Source: a virus
Strand: one strand, 5' to 3'
Length of the DNA: 64,000 nt
IMG/VR virus record: IMGVR_UViG_3300012005_000004
Location: 16,370 to 80,369 of that record
Shown: positions 48,709-57,082 of the stretch, piece by piece
How positions within the stretch are numbered: the first letter of the stretch is position 1
Layout of the letters: the number at the start of each line of letters is the position of its first letter
The notes under the pieces: generated by a model
Told to the model about the DNA's origin: nothing
What the model saw: the letters and a program-made list of their open reading frames with translations, nothing else
Database searches by the model: none
Made by a program: the position numbers and the translations under genes

Positions 48709-48783
48709 GTTGGTTGACCGCATGACCGTTCCGGTAAGTAAGATCAAAGGTCGTTAATATTGACACCAACATTTAAGAAGTAT

Positions 48784-48870
48784 GCCCGAGTGGTGAAATG
48801 GTATCCACAGAAGACTTAAAATCTTCCGGCTGTAATGGCCATACCGGTTCGAGTCCGGTCTCGGGCACCA
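48784..48870 (+). tRNA. tRNA-Leu(TAA)
   Basis: Canonical class II cloverleaf, loop CTTAAAA, ACCA. Confidence 0.93.
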
Positions 48871-48872
48871 TT

Positions 48873-48959
48873 GGAAGTTAAACTGCGTAGGACGCAGCGC
48901 TGCCTCGAAAACAGTAGGACTCAGTAATGGGTTGAGTTTCGATTACTCTTTCTTCCGCC
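48873..48959 (+). tRNA. tRNA-Ser(CGA), 8/4 fold
   Basis: D CTGCGT-AGG-ACGCAG, loop CTCGAAA, GAGT-TTCGATT-ACTC; acceptor has two U-U mismatches. Confidence 0.75.
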
Positions 48960-48967
48960 GACCTCAT

Positions 48968-49054
48968 GCACCTATGGCGGAACTGGTAGACGCGCAAGAT
49001 TGAGGGTCTTGTGTCCGAAAGGACGTGGGAGTTCGAATCTCCCTAGGTGCACCA
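48968..49054 (+). tRNA. tRNA-Leu(GAG)
   Basis: Canonical; CAAGA-TTGAGGG-TCTTG; ACCA. Confidence 0.93.
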
Positions 49055-49069
49055 AGTAATATCACACTT

Positions 49070-49158
49070 CCCCGTGTGGACAAATTGGTAAAGTTGCCGC
49101 ACTCAGACTGCGGAGCCGCGAAAGCGTATTGTCGGTTCGAACCCGACCATGGGGACCA
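49070..49158 (+). tRNA. tRNA-Leu(CAG)
   Basis: CCGCA-CTCAGAC-TGCGG; ACCA. Confidence 0.9.
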
Positions 49159-49217
49159 GTTGAAATAGTTTTACTTTGTAGTGAAAGCATGGTATAATTT
49201 TCTTTTAGGAGAAAAAC

Positions 49218-49646
49218 ATGTTTGAAGCTTACAATGGCGACAAGGACAAGTTGGTGAAGTTTAATGGAGTAGCAGCTCAAAAGATTCTTGATAAGTTTGC
49301 GAGCTCCAATGTTGTTAGTAACCCAGGTCTTCAAAAATTTACTTTTGATGATTTTAAGGTCGGTGAATTCACAGCATCATTTAGCTACTTCTTCGATCGT
49401 CAAAAAGGAATTGACTTCTTAAAGTGTGGTGACAAGATGTATGTTCATGATCAATGGGTTAAGACAGAAACTTTCTCAGGAGTTCAAGTCTCCATTGGAG
49501 AATCATTTCCTCAACTAGCTGATGATATCAAGAAGGCATTTCCAGATCTTGGATTTAACATCATCTTCATCAAGGAGCTAGGTTTGAGGATGCAAGTTAG
49601 CGCAGGAGAGATCTACAACATCGAACGTTTTAAAGAAATTAAGTAG
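49218..49646 (+). CDS. hypothetical early protein
   Basis: Promoter 49170-49198; AGGAG SD. Confidence 0.7.
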   Translation: MFEAYNGDKDKLVKFNGVAAQKILDKFASSNVVSNPGLQKFTFDDFKVGEFTASFSYFFDRQKGIDFLKCGDKMYVHDQWVKTETFSGVQVSIGESFPQLADDIKKAFPDLGFNIIFIKELGLRMQVSAGEIYNIERFKEIK

Positions 49647-49653
49647 CATTAAT

Positions 49654-49735
49654 GGGATTGTGGCTAATACAAATCGGCACAGTTATCAGGTTTAGAACCT
49701 GAGCCTTTGAGGGTTCGAATCCCTCCAGTCCTACC
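49654..49735 (+). tRNA. tRNA-Leu(TAG), short variable arm
   Basis: TCAGG-TTTAGAA-CCTGA; D region nearly identical to Leu(CAA) at 47423. Confidence 0.85.
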
Positions 49736-50128
49736 GATCACAAAGCTGACCTATCGCTGAGGTGTAAAAATTCTTAGAGAAATCTAAGTTGTAAACCCTT
49801 AGAGGAAAGTCGGGGCTACAAAGAGCAGGGATTGTCGCTCTGTGGAAGTAAGAGGTGTTGATTGAAAACTACCCTGAGGTCTGAAAAGGCAACAGGCTCT
49901 CGCAATCATCACTAGATATCAGATCTGTGTGGTAACAGCACAAACAACCTCGTATCCTCGCTTACGTTATACCACAACGACTCCGTAGCAAGCCAAACAG
50001 GTACCGTTGACGTTGCTGGCCGAGGTACCGGGTTGGTGCAGCCGAAAGGCACGAGGGTGTATGGCAACCCACACCGTCGTAGACGAATGATAGGATAAAA
50101 CAGAACTCCGCTTACGGGCTTTGTGATC
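49736..50128 (+). ncRNA. rnpB: RNase P RNA (bacterial type A-like)
   Basis: P1 GATCACAAAGC/GCTTTGTGATC; GAGGAAAGTCGGGGCT (49802-49817), TAGACGAATGA, ACAGAACTCCGCTTA (50100-50114); P4 pairing retained. Confidence 0.9.
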
Positions 50129-50131
50129 AAT

Positions 50132-50219
50132 ATGTCGACTTAACATGGTCTGAACATGGCCACGGGCAGGTGATACTTCCCGTGGTGTGGGCAATACGTG
50201 GAGGAGCCTTAATCGACAT
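50132..50219 (+). ncRNA. unclassified rod-shaped small RNA candidate
   Basis: ATGTCGA/TCGACAT closing; CCACGGG/CCCGTGG apical stem; GC-rich intergenic. Confidence 0.45.
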
Positions 50220-50275
50220 TTTAGAGTTTACACCTCGATTAAATTGAGATATAATGATTTTTTGAGGAGAACATC

Positions 50276-50614
50276 TTGAGAAATCATACTGATAGGTTTA
50301 CGCTGTGTTTTGATGAGTCTGGTCAAGTTTCCGTCGGCTCGCTAGATAAAATTGATGAGATGTTAAGATCTTATGGATCAAAGGGTCTCAAGGAAGATGG
50401 AAAATATAGCCATCATTTTGAAATTTCGCAAGAGTTTCGTAAAGGTAAAAAGATAGAAGGGTGTTTAACCTTTCCGAACTATGTTTTAACTGATATGAAA
50501 AAGTCAGACATGGGAGAGGTTCTTCTCAAGCTTCTAGGTCTTGGAGCCAAGACAGTTTTTATCGTTGAAACGGAAGATACCGTGAATGATGTGCAAGTGA
50601 ATACACGTTGGTAA
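50276..50614 (+). CDS. hypothetical early protein
   Basis: Promoter 50227-50255; GAGGAG SD; TTG start. Confidence 0.65.
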   Translation: MRNHTDRFTLCFDESGQVSVGSLDKIDEMLRSYGSKGLKEDGKYSHHFEISQEFRKGKKIEGCLTFPNYVLTDMKKSDMGEVLLKLLGLGAKTVFIVETEDTVNDVQVNTRW

Positions 50615-50618
50615 TTTT

Positions 50619-50710
50619 GGAAGAGTTCCCAGGAAGGTTCCTGGTGCTGTTTGGAATACAGTTGCAGTGGTCACAAGCCGCTGACGGATCGACACCGTAC
50701 TTTTCCTCCC
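50619..50710 (+). tRNA. tRNA-Ser(GGA), 8/4 fold
   Basis: GGAAGAGT/ACTTTTCC, D CCAGGA-AGGT-TCCTGG, GCTGT-TTGGAAT-ACAGT, ACGG-ATCGACA-CCGT. Confidence 0.82.
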
Positions 50711-50715
50711 ACAAT

Positions 50716-50801
50716 GGGGCTGTGATGTAAGACAAACCCGGTACAGTCAGCAGATTTAAATCCTGCCATTTTTACGAGTTCGAATCTCGTCAGCCCTACC
50801 A
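50716..50801 (+). tRNA. second tRNA-Leu(TAA), short variable arm
   Basis: GGGGCTG/CAGCCCT+ACCA, loop TTTAAAT, ACGAG-TTCGAAT-CTCGT. Confidence 0.78.
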
Positions 50802-50833
50802 TCAATAAATAGCTCCTTACCGGAGCTATTTTT

Positions 50834-51379
50834 ATGAAGATCACCGAAGTACTAATCAGCCACAAGGATGCCCCCGCAGGCTTCAAGGGTCTGGGATCGA
50901 CCAAGATGCTAGCTAAAAAGCTAAAATTCTCCGATGGCCGCCCAGTCGAATACACGATCGGTAATAGCACCATGTATGATAGGAGTAACCCGAAAAAGAA
51001 GGGACTGTTGATAAACATCTCATTTCCAACTAAAGAAGGTCCGGTGCGGGCTAATACTTATGGTATGGGTTACAACAATACTGGATATGATCACTATCAC
51101 TCTTCTCCTGTTGAAAAAACCGCGATTGACAAGGAAACGTTAAAGAAGGTGATCCCAGCAGTTCACAAGCGTATTGAAGCTCTTCACCCACCAAAAGGTG
51201 ATGTTACTAACGATGAATTTCGAGACTTTGACAACAAGGTAGGTAATGTGATCTATAAGTGCCTTCGTGGTTATGAGATCTTGTCTAAGTATATCGTTAA
51301 AGGTGGCGGTAGAGCTAGTATGATCGATGCCCAAGACGAGCTTAACGATAAAGATTTGGAAGATTACGTTGACTTTTGA
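50834..51379 (+). CDS. late protein sharing the family B C-terminal motif
   Basis: TAAATA upstream; MKITEVL; ILSKYI...GRASMIDAQDEL...LEDYV. Confidence 0.7.
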   Translation: MKITEVLISHKDAPAGFKGLGSTKMLAKKLKFSDGRPVEYTIGNSTMYDRSNPKKKGLLINISFPTKEGPVRANTYGMGYNNTGYDHYHSSPVEKTAIDKETLKKVIPAVHKRIEALHPPKGDVTNDEFRDFDNKVGNVIYKCLRGYEILSKYIVKGGGRASMIDAQDELNDKDLEDYVDF

Positions 51380-51443
51380 TCGTACAAAGTAGTTTACATT
51401 TCTCGAAGATTGAGTTATAATCTACTCAACATAGGAGCGGATT

Positions 51444-51821
51444 ATGAATCAGCTTATTTCTTTCCTCAGGAACAAGACCAAGAACCAATGGATCAAGGTA
51501 GGAAACTTTGATATCTATGTTCGACACGGCCATCATTATATAGACAGCAAGGTAATAACTACCTTTGACATCGCCAACATCGAAAATCGAGTAGAAGCTG
51601 AGCGTGGCAAAGGTAAGTTCAAGTTAATTCTTGCCGAGCTACAACAGATCCTCGAGATAGATAAAGATCTCCGAGGAGACATCAAGGGAATTTTTATCGA
51701 GAGTGTGTTAAATCCGCAATTGATCGAATCTCTTCCGAAGCTCGGTTTTAGGTTAGTCGGCGATACAAATCCTCCATCTTTCTTTCGACCAGTCGCTTAC
51801 GCGATGGTGCCTTCATTATGA
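51444..51821 (+). CDS. hypothetical protein, possible GNAT fold
   Basis: IANI...ERGKG, VLNP.L...L.KLGF. Confidence 0.55.
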   Translation: MNQLISFLRNKTKNQWIKVGNFDIYVRHGHHYIDSKVITTFDIANIENRVEAERGKGKFKLILAELQQILEIDKDLRGDIKGIFIESVLNPQLIESLPKLGFRLVGDTNPPSFFRPVAYAMVPSL

Positions 51822-52009
51822 CATTTGATACTATACCAGAAGATCATGTGCTATCTTATCATTGCTCGTGTGGAGGTAGCATCGTTGAGAGCGGTCCCGG
51901 ACAATGGGAATGTGATTCTTGTCCATGGGATTCTAGCAAACCAGAAACACAGGAGCTCATCTTAGATCTTATTGAAGATGAAGACTATCTCTTAGAGGAT
52001 CCAACATGA
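51818..52009 (+). CDS. small Zn-ribbon protein
   Basis: CSCGG...WECDSC. Confidence 0.55.
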   Translation: MTFDTIPEDHVLSYHCSCGGSIVESGPGQWECDSCPWDSSKPETQELILDLIEDEDYLLEDPT

Positions 52010-52260
52010 ACCACGCAACTGCTTTCCTTGTATTAGCTGTGATCATCGTATTGCTTTTTGGCTGTTATTGGTGGACCGGTGGAAAATGATACGAGCTACA
52101 ATTCAAGAGTATCGAGGAGATTCTCCTTCATCGAAGGAATTTGTTCGAAATTTTAACACCAAGGAAGAATTGGATTCTTGGGTAAAACGATCTAAACACC
52201 CAGTATTGTCGATCAAGGTAATTAAGATTGAAGACGAAGAGATGAAAGGTTAAGAAATAC

Positions 52261-52335
52261 GGGCTGTTAGCACAGTGGTTAGTGCAATGGACTCCAAACC
52301 CATTGACGGGAGTTCGATTCTCTCACGGCTCGCCA
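52261..52335 (+). tRNA. tRNA-Trp(CCA)
   Basis: GGGCTGT/ACGGCTC+GCCA; loop CTCCAAA. Confidence 0.88.
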
Positions 52336-52350
52336 GAACATTATAAAGGG

Positions 52351-52650
52351 ATGATCATGATTAGGCCAATTGAAAAGATCTATGGTGCGACTAGTCGCAG
52401 CAAATTGACCATCACCCCAAAACAAGTCACAATGAGGATTCGCGTTGGGGCTTCGGATGAAGAGCGTGAACGAACTGAAAAGTTCTTCGCGACGATCGCC
52501 GAAAAGGTGGTTGAAGTCCCGAAGACAATTCGGGGAAATTTAGCTAAGCATGAACCTAGCGATACGCTTTACATCGTAATGAAGAATGAAGCAGGAGATT
52601 TTTCAGAGCGATTTTTTGAAACTGAGATCAAGCCAAAACAAGCAGCTTGA
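52351..52650 (+). CDS. hypothetical protein
   Basis: Start moved downstream of the tRNA. Confidence 0.6.
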   Translation: MIMIRPIEKIYGATSRSKLTITPKQVTMRIRVGASDEERERTEKFFATIAEKVVEVPKTIRGNLAKHEPSDTLYIVMKNEAGDFSERFFETEIKPKQAA

Positions 52651-52702
52651 ACAGTCACCATGACATGTCGTCGGGTGTAAATCTACGTACAGGAGATTTT
52701 TA

Positions 52703-53314
52703 ATGTCACGAAATCAACGAAACAGCGGGGCAACCACCAAGGGATGGATCTTGGCTACGCTTATGGCGGAGCTCGGCAAGAGTCATCCACGTCTTTCAGC
52801 AGTCCAAATTGGAAATATACTCAATATTCCAGCAGATACGATTCGCTGGCATCTCAAGGAGCTTAGGGATGAAGGTCTAGTTCTCAGGGAGAATTCTCCA
52901 GTTAATTCAACTTCCTTCGTTTACTGGGCTCCGTCGAATCCAGGAGCTTTGGGTGCTCAACCTGCTGTTGACGTAGCTTCTCCACCTAAAGCCACCGTCG
53001 AGCCTTGGCCATATCCAGAAAAAGATAAGGCTATCAAGGGAGCTGGCGCAAACTTTCCACCTCCTGCGCGGCCTGCACCACCGATGCCAGCCGTCAAACC
53101 ATCTAAGATTCGCACGCCAAACTCTACTACAGTTGATGCTCTCAAGGAAGCTGATAGATTGGTAGCAGCAAAGAAGGCAGCAGATGAGAGTGCAGCAGAT
53201 GAGAGTTCTGATGAAGCTACGATCAAATTTTCAATCAGCGGAACTTCGATCGAAGTTACTCTCTCAGAAGCAGCTTCGATCTTTAATAAGCTGAAGCCGA
53301 TCTTTGCCAGGTAG
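52703..53314 (+). CDS. winged-helix DNA-binding protein
   Basis: LSAVQIGNILNIPADTIRWHLKELRDEGLV. Confidence 0.75.
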   Translation: MSRNQRNSGATTKGWILATLMAELGKSHPRLSAVQIGNILNIPADTIRWHLKELRDEGLVLRENSPVNSTSFVYWAPSNPGALGAQPAVDVASPPKATVEPWPYPEKDKAIKGAGANFPPPARPAPPMPAVKPSKIRTPNSTTVDALKEADRLVAAKKAADESAADESSDEATIKFSISGTSIEVTLSEAASIFNKLKPIFAR

Positions 53315-53344
53315 AAAAATGGGAGCTAATTAGCTCCCATTTTT
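53315..53344. terminator. bidirectional intrinsic terminator
   Basis: AAAAATGGGAGCTAATTAGCTCCCATTTT between convergent genes. Confidence 0.85.
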
Positions 53345-53835
53345 CAATTTAGCGATTCGCTATCTTTTGCTGCGTATCTGAGATTAGTTACTACTCGAGC
53401 ACACCAGCCTCTCCCAAAGGTTGGGAAGGTTGAGATCTTAGTAAAAAAGTTAAGACGCTCGGCCAAGAACCTGATCAATACTAAGTGAACTTCCATCTTA
53501 CTATATGAGTCTTGACTAATCTGACCCCAGTGTCCATCATCTGCTACACCTACTGCTCGCTGAAGCATGCGAATAGCGGTGCTGACACCATGATTCACTC
53601 CAGCATCAAAGACTTGAAAGTTTACCGATGGATCTAAGTGCTGTCCGCAAGGCTCCCAATAGTCACGAAGATAGATCGCTTTTGCTCCATCTCGTGTCAG
53701 ATCTTTAATGTTAATATTTGGATATTGACGCTTAGAAATCCCCCAATTAGTCTCTCCGCCAGGGTCTTGTGGATGATTAACATAGCCCCCTTCGTTCCCC
53801 AACAACCGATCAAATGCCTGGTCAAATGTAATCAT
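53344..53835 (-). CDS. GH108 lysozyme (endolysin) with PG-binding domain
   Basis: EGGYVNHPQDPGGETNWGIS, FDAGVNHG, FGRGW; late promoter. Confidence 0.92.
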   Translation of the reverse strand: MITFDQAFDRLLGNEGGYVNHPQDPGGETNWGISKRQYPNINIKDLTRDGAKAIYLRDYWEPCGQHLDPSVNFQVFDAGVNHGVSTAIRMLQRAVGVADDGHWGQISQDSYSKMEVHLVLIRFLAERLNFFTKISTFPTFGRGWCARVVTNLRYAAKDSESLN

Positions 53836-53949
53836 AAAGTCCTCAAAGATGCTATTTATTTGAGTTTACAACAAGAATTGGCTATGTTATAATGAATTGT
53901 CCATTGCTTTCCTGGACTCCCAAACTCTAACTTTTAAGGAAAAGTTACA

Positions 53950-55191
53950 ATGAGTGACCAACAACCAAGTGCTCGAATGAAGATTGAAGGGCTGCTTACC
54001 AAGCAGCCATCGAAGTGGCTTTCTACAGGAGAGATCGCAGAATCATTACCTGACGTAAAACGTTCCATGATCTATGTCACTATCAGTCATTTGGCCACCA
54101 AGTCAAATCGTCTGGTTCGTCGAAAGCGATCTGGAGAAAGCGGCGGGTATGAATACCAGATCTCTGCTGCTGTGAATCCAGAAGATCAACCAAGATCTGT
54201 AAATGGGTATGGGTGGACACACGATGAAAAGATCGCCTTCACCACCGCCTACATGAAGCTCAAGAAAGAGCGATCTTATTTGGCTACATCGGAGGTGATT
54301 CGGGAGGCACAGAAAGCTCTACCAGTCGAGAAACAACGACGATACATCACCAAGACCGCGAATCTTCCTTGGCTCGATCATTATATCCTTCAAGTTAAGG
54401 AAATTGAGAATATCAATCGTGAGAGACAACAACGATCGGATAAGCTTGCTGAAAAAGCTGGTTATCAGCCTATCGGCAGAGAATCTGTACCAGCAATAGT
54501 ACCACTTCAATTTGCGAAAGGTGCTAGACATCCTGGAGAGCTTCCTCCAGAAAAGCCAGTTGAGACGCCATTAGTTGAACCAGTAAAACAAGCGGTCCTG
54601 CCTAAGGAGCCAGAACCAGTTCTTATTCCTCTTGAGATTAGTTCTCTGGCTACTGATGCGCTGATTGAAGAGCTGAGTAAGCGAGCATCTTCGATCTTGC
54701 AAAAGGTTTTGTCGCAGACGATCATTGAAGTTTTCAAGTCTCCTCAAGTCCGAGAAGCTTTGACCATTAAGGTCAACGTCAATGTCAACCAGCGTCAAGA
54801 AGCTCGCCGGACCGATGACGTTCCTCCAGTCCATGACGTTCCACCTGAAACTATACGGCCTAAACATGATCCTCAACCGTTTCAAGTAGATAAGCCGAAG
54901 CTTAAGAAGATCTTGGTGGTTGGGCTGATCAACTCTCAGATTCGTGAGATCGAGAAAGAATTTCAAGATACCCTTGACATTCGATTCTGGAGGACAGATG
55001 AGCACACTAACATGTTGAAGTCGAAAGCCGGCCAAGCTGATTACACCATCTTGGTTGCAGATTTTGTTAGCCATTCTCACCAGGAGATCTTGAATACTTT
55101 GGGTGTTAAGTTCATTAGACACTCCGGTGGTATGACGAAGCTTAAGGACTTGCTCACCGGTATCTACGTTAATGAATCTCTACCAAAGTAA
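53950..55191 (+). CDS. N-terminal wHTH protein with C-terminal DUF2325-like domain
   Basis: LSTGEIAESL HTH; ILVVGL...ADY..L.ADFVSH. Confidence 0.6.
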   Translation: MSDQQPSARMKIEGLLTKQPSKWLSTGEIAESLPDVKRSMIYVTISHLATKSNRLVRRKRSGESGGYEYQISAAVNPEDQPRSVNGYGWTHDEKIAFTTAYMKLKKERSYLATSEVIREAQKALPVEKQRRYITKTANLPWLDHYILQVKEIENINRERQQRSDKLAEKAGYQPIGRESVPAIVPLQFAKGARHPGELPPEKPVETPLVEPVKQAVLPKEPEPVLIPLEISSLATDALIEELSKRASSILQKVLSQTIIEVFKSPQVREALTIKVNVNVNQRQEARRTDDVPPVHDVPPETIRPKHDPQPFQVDKPKLKKILVVGLINSQIREIEKEFQDTLDIRFWRTDEHTNMLKSKAGQADYTILVADFVSHSHQEILNTLGVKFIRHSGGMTKLKDLLTGIYVNESLPK

Positions 55192-55283
55192 GTAATATTT
55201 TGGCATCACCTAAGAGAAGTGAGCAGTAATGTTTACTTCTCTTTTCTTTTGTGTTAGAATATTTTATTCTAGGAACACACTCG

Positions 55284-55589
55284 ATGCCGTGGATAACAAA
55301 CAGAATTTTCAAGATACGATTTTTGAAGCAAGGTAAAAATAGTGAAGATCATACGATACAATTTGAGATAGCAGATACTGGTCGCATTGAATTTTATAAA
55401 GAGATCGAATACTTTTTAGCGTCTTGCATCAACGCTGATGCATTCATTGCTAAGTGTGAGAGCATCATTGATGACTCTGGAGAAGCTACCGAGCTTGAAA
55501 TCGAGATCTCTGGATCCCAAGGAAAGTTGATGCAGGTGTTAAACCAACATGGGCCGGAGCTGAGCAAGCATTCGGTTAGTTTTAAATGA
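55284..55589 (+). CDS. hypothetical protein
   Basis: AGGA SD before ATG 55284. Confidence 0.55.
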   Translation: MPWITNRIFKIRFLKQGKNSEDHTIQFEIADTGRIEFYKEIEYFLASCINADAFIAKCESIIDDSGEATELEIEISGSQGKLMQVLNQHGPELSKHSVSFK

Positions 55590-56137
55590 TAGAAGAGATT
55601 AAGGTAATATTTCTAGACATCGATGGAGTTATTAACTCATTACGCTCATTTACCGCGTTCAAACCTTATAACCCAGAAGATGATCTCGAGCTAGAAACCA
55701 TCGCTACATGTGATCCTGTTTCTGTTAAGTTAATCAATATGATCGTCGAGCAGACCAAGGCTAAGATCGTCGTATCATCTTCTCACCGAATTTACTTTCA
55801 CTCAAGGTATGCTTCTCGATTTCAAGAGACGTCCTTCTTAGGATTTGACCTAGACAAGCTTCAGCTGTATATCTCCTCACTTGGAATTTTTGGTGAAGTC
55901 ATCGACGCAACTCCTATCTTTGATGGTGAGAAGAGGGGTGAAGAGGTAAATGGATGGTTAAATGAATTTCCAGCAAAATTTCCTTTATATGCGTTGAGTC
56001 GGTATGCCATCTTTGATGATACCACAGACTTTCTAGCAGAGCAAGCGTCAAAGCTAGTTCTATCTACTTTTGATAATGGGTTTTCAATCGACAACTACAA
56101 GCGAGCGTTATTGATCTTAGGAGATGACATTGCCTGA
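55586..56137 (+). CDS. HAD phosphatase, Swiss-Army-Knife RNA-repair type
   Basis: FLDIDGV, IVVSSS, RGEEV..WL, YAIFDD. Confidence 0.82.
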   Translation: MIEEIKVIFLDIDGVINSLRSFTAFKPYNPEDDLELETIATCDPVSVKLINMIVEQTKAKIVVSSSHRIYFHSRYASRFQETSFLGFDLDKLQLYISSLGIFGEVIDATPIFDGEKRGEEVNGWLNEFPAKFPLYALSRYAIFDDTTDFLAEQASKLVLSTFDNGFSIDNYKRALLILGDDIA

Positions 56138-57059
56138 AGGCCCAGAAGTTAAGCGTTGCTCTGAGGTTCTCAGTGACGTTATCAGCGGAAAATCCTTGAC
56201 TTCGATTAAGTTGATTAGCGGGAAGATTAGTCGAGGTGTCAACGATCTAGAGAAACTTCAACTTCCAGCTAAGGTTTTAAGCGTGTTCACGAAGGGGAAG
56301 GTGATCTTCATAAGGCTTGCCGGAGATTACTCTATCATCTCAACTCTCGGTATGTCTGGGTGGTGGTACCCACCGCTTGAAACGATCAACCCATTATTAA
56401 TGAGCCAAGCTTATTACTCAAAGGTAATTGACACGATCAATAAAGCTGAGCAGCACACCAGATTATCGCTCAACATGGATGACGGAACCCAAGTAAATTA
56501 CATCGACCCGCGCAATTTTGGTAACTTTTTCGTGGTAACGCAAGATGAATTCCAAGCGAGAGTAAACTTGCTCGGCGTCGACCTACTCAATAACGTAAGC
56601 TACATTGGTCTTCCAAATGGGATCGATTGGTTTTCAACTTGCTTGTCAAAGAAGAAGTACTCGAAGAAACCGATCGCTGAGGTGTTACTCGATCAATCGC
56701 TGATCGCTGGAATTGGTAACATCTATCGATCCGAATCGCTCTACCTAGCCGGAATAGACCCAAATCGTGAAGCTGGAAGCTTATCTCAAGATCAATGCTT
56801 AAAACTCATTAAGGCCGTTGATATGGTCCTCGAGCTCGCGTATCAAGGACGAGGTCGAATGGTCTATCCGATCAATGATGTTATAGATTTTTTAACTATT
56901 GAGATGGCTCAAAAGTTAAGGGGATCCATGCCAGGAAACACTACGGCCGTTAATGGACACCTAGTGTATGGACACGCGGAAGACGTTATGGGGAATGAAG
57001 TGCTTCGATCGCCCATCGGTTCAAGGACAGCCTGGTGGGTTCCTGCAGTGCAGACATAA
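56130..57059 (+). CDS. Fpg/Nei DNA glycosylase, zincless finger
   Basis: (M)PEGPEV with TTG start at 56130, KGK, LGMSG, DPRNFG, H2TH LLDQ..IAGIGNIY. Confidence 0.9.
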   Translation: MPEGPEVKRCSEVLSDVISGKSLTSIKLISGKISRGVNDLEKLQLPAKVLSVFTKGKVIFIRLAGDYSIISTLGMSGWWYPPLETINPLLMSQAYYSKVIDTINKAEQHTRLSLNMDDGTQVNYIDPRNFGNFFVVTQDEFQARVNLLGVDLLNNVSYIGLPNGIDWFSTCLSKKKYSKKPIAEVLLDQSLIAGIGNIYRSESLYLAGIDPNREAGSLSQDQCLKLIKAVDMVLELAYQGRGRMVYPINDVIDFLTIEMAQKLRGSMPGNTTAVNGHLVYGHAEDVMGNEVLRSPIGSRTAWWVPAVQT

Positions 57060-57082
57060 ATACCAAAAACAAGGAGCATTTT

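Noticed and set aside
48500-50194. Minus-strand ORFs over tRNAs and rnpB
   Set aside because: Antisense shadows of structured RNA genes.
47517-50710. tRNA-Sec or suppressor tRNAs / recoded genome
   Set aside because: Sec-like arms are present but anticodons are GTA, TGA, GCT, CGA, GGA; none reads a stop. Conserved genes are intact in the standard code and end in all three stops.
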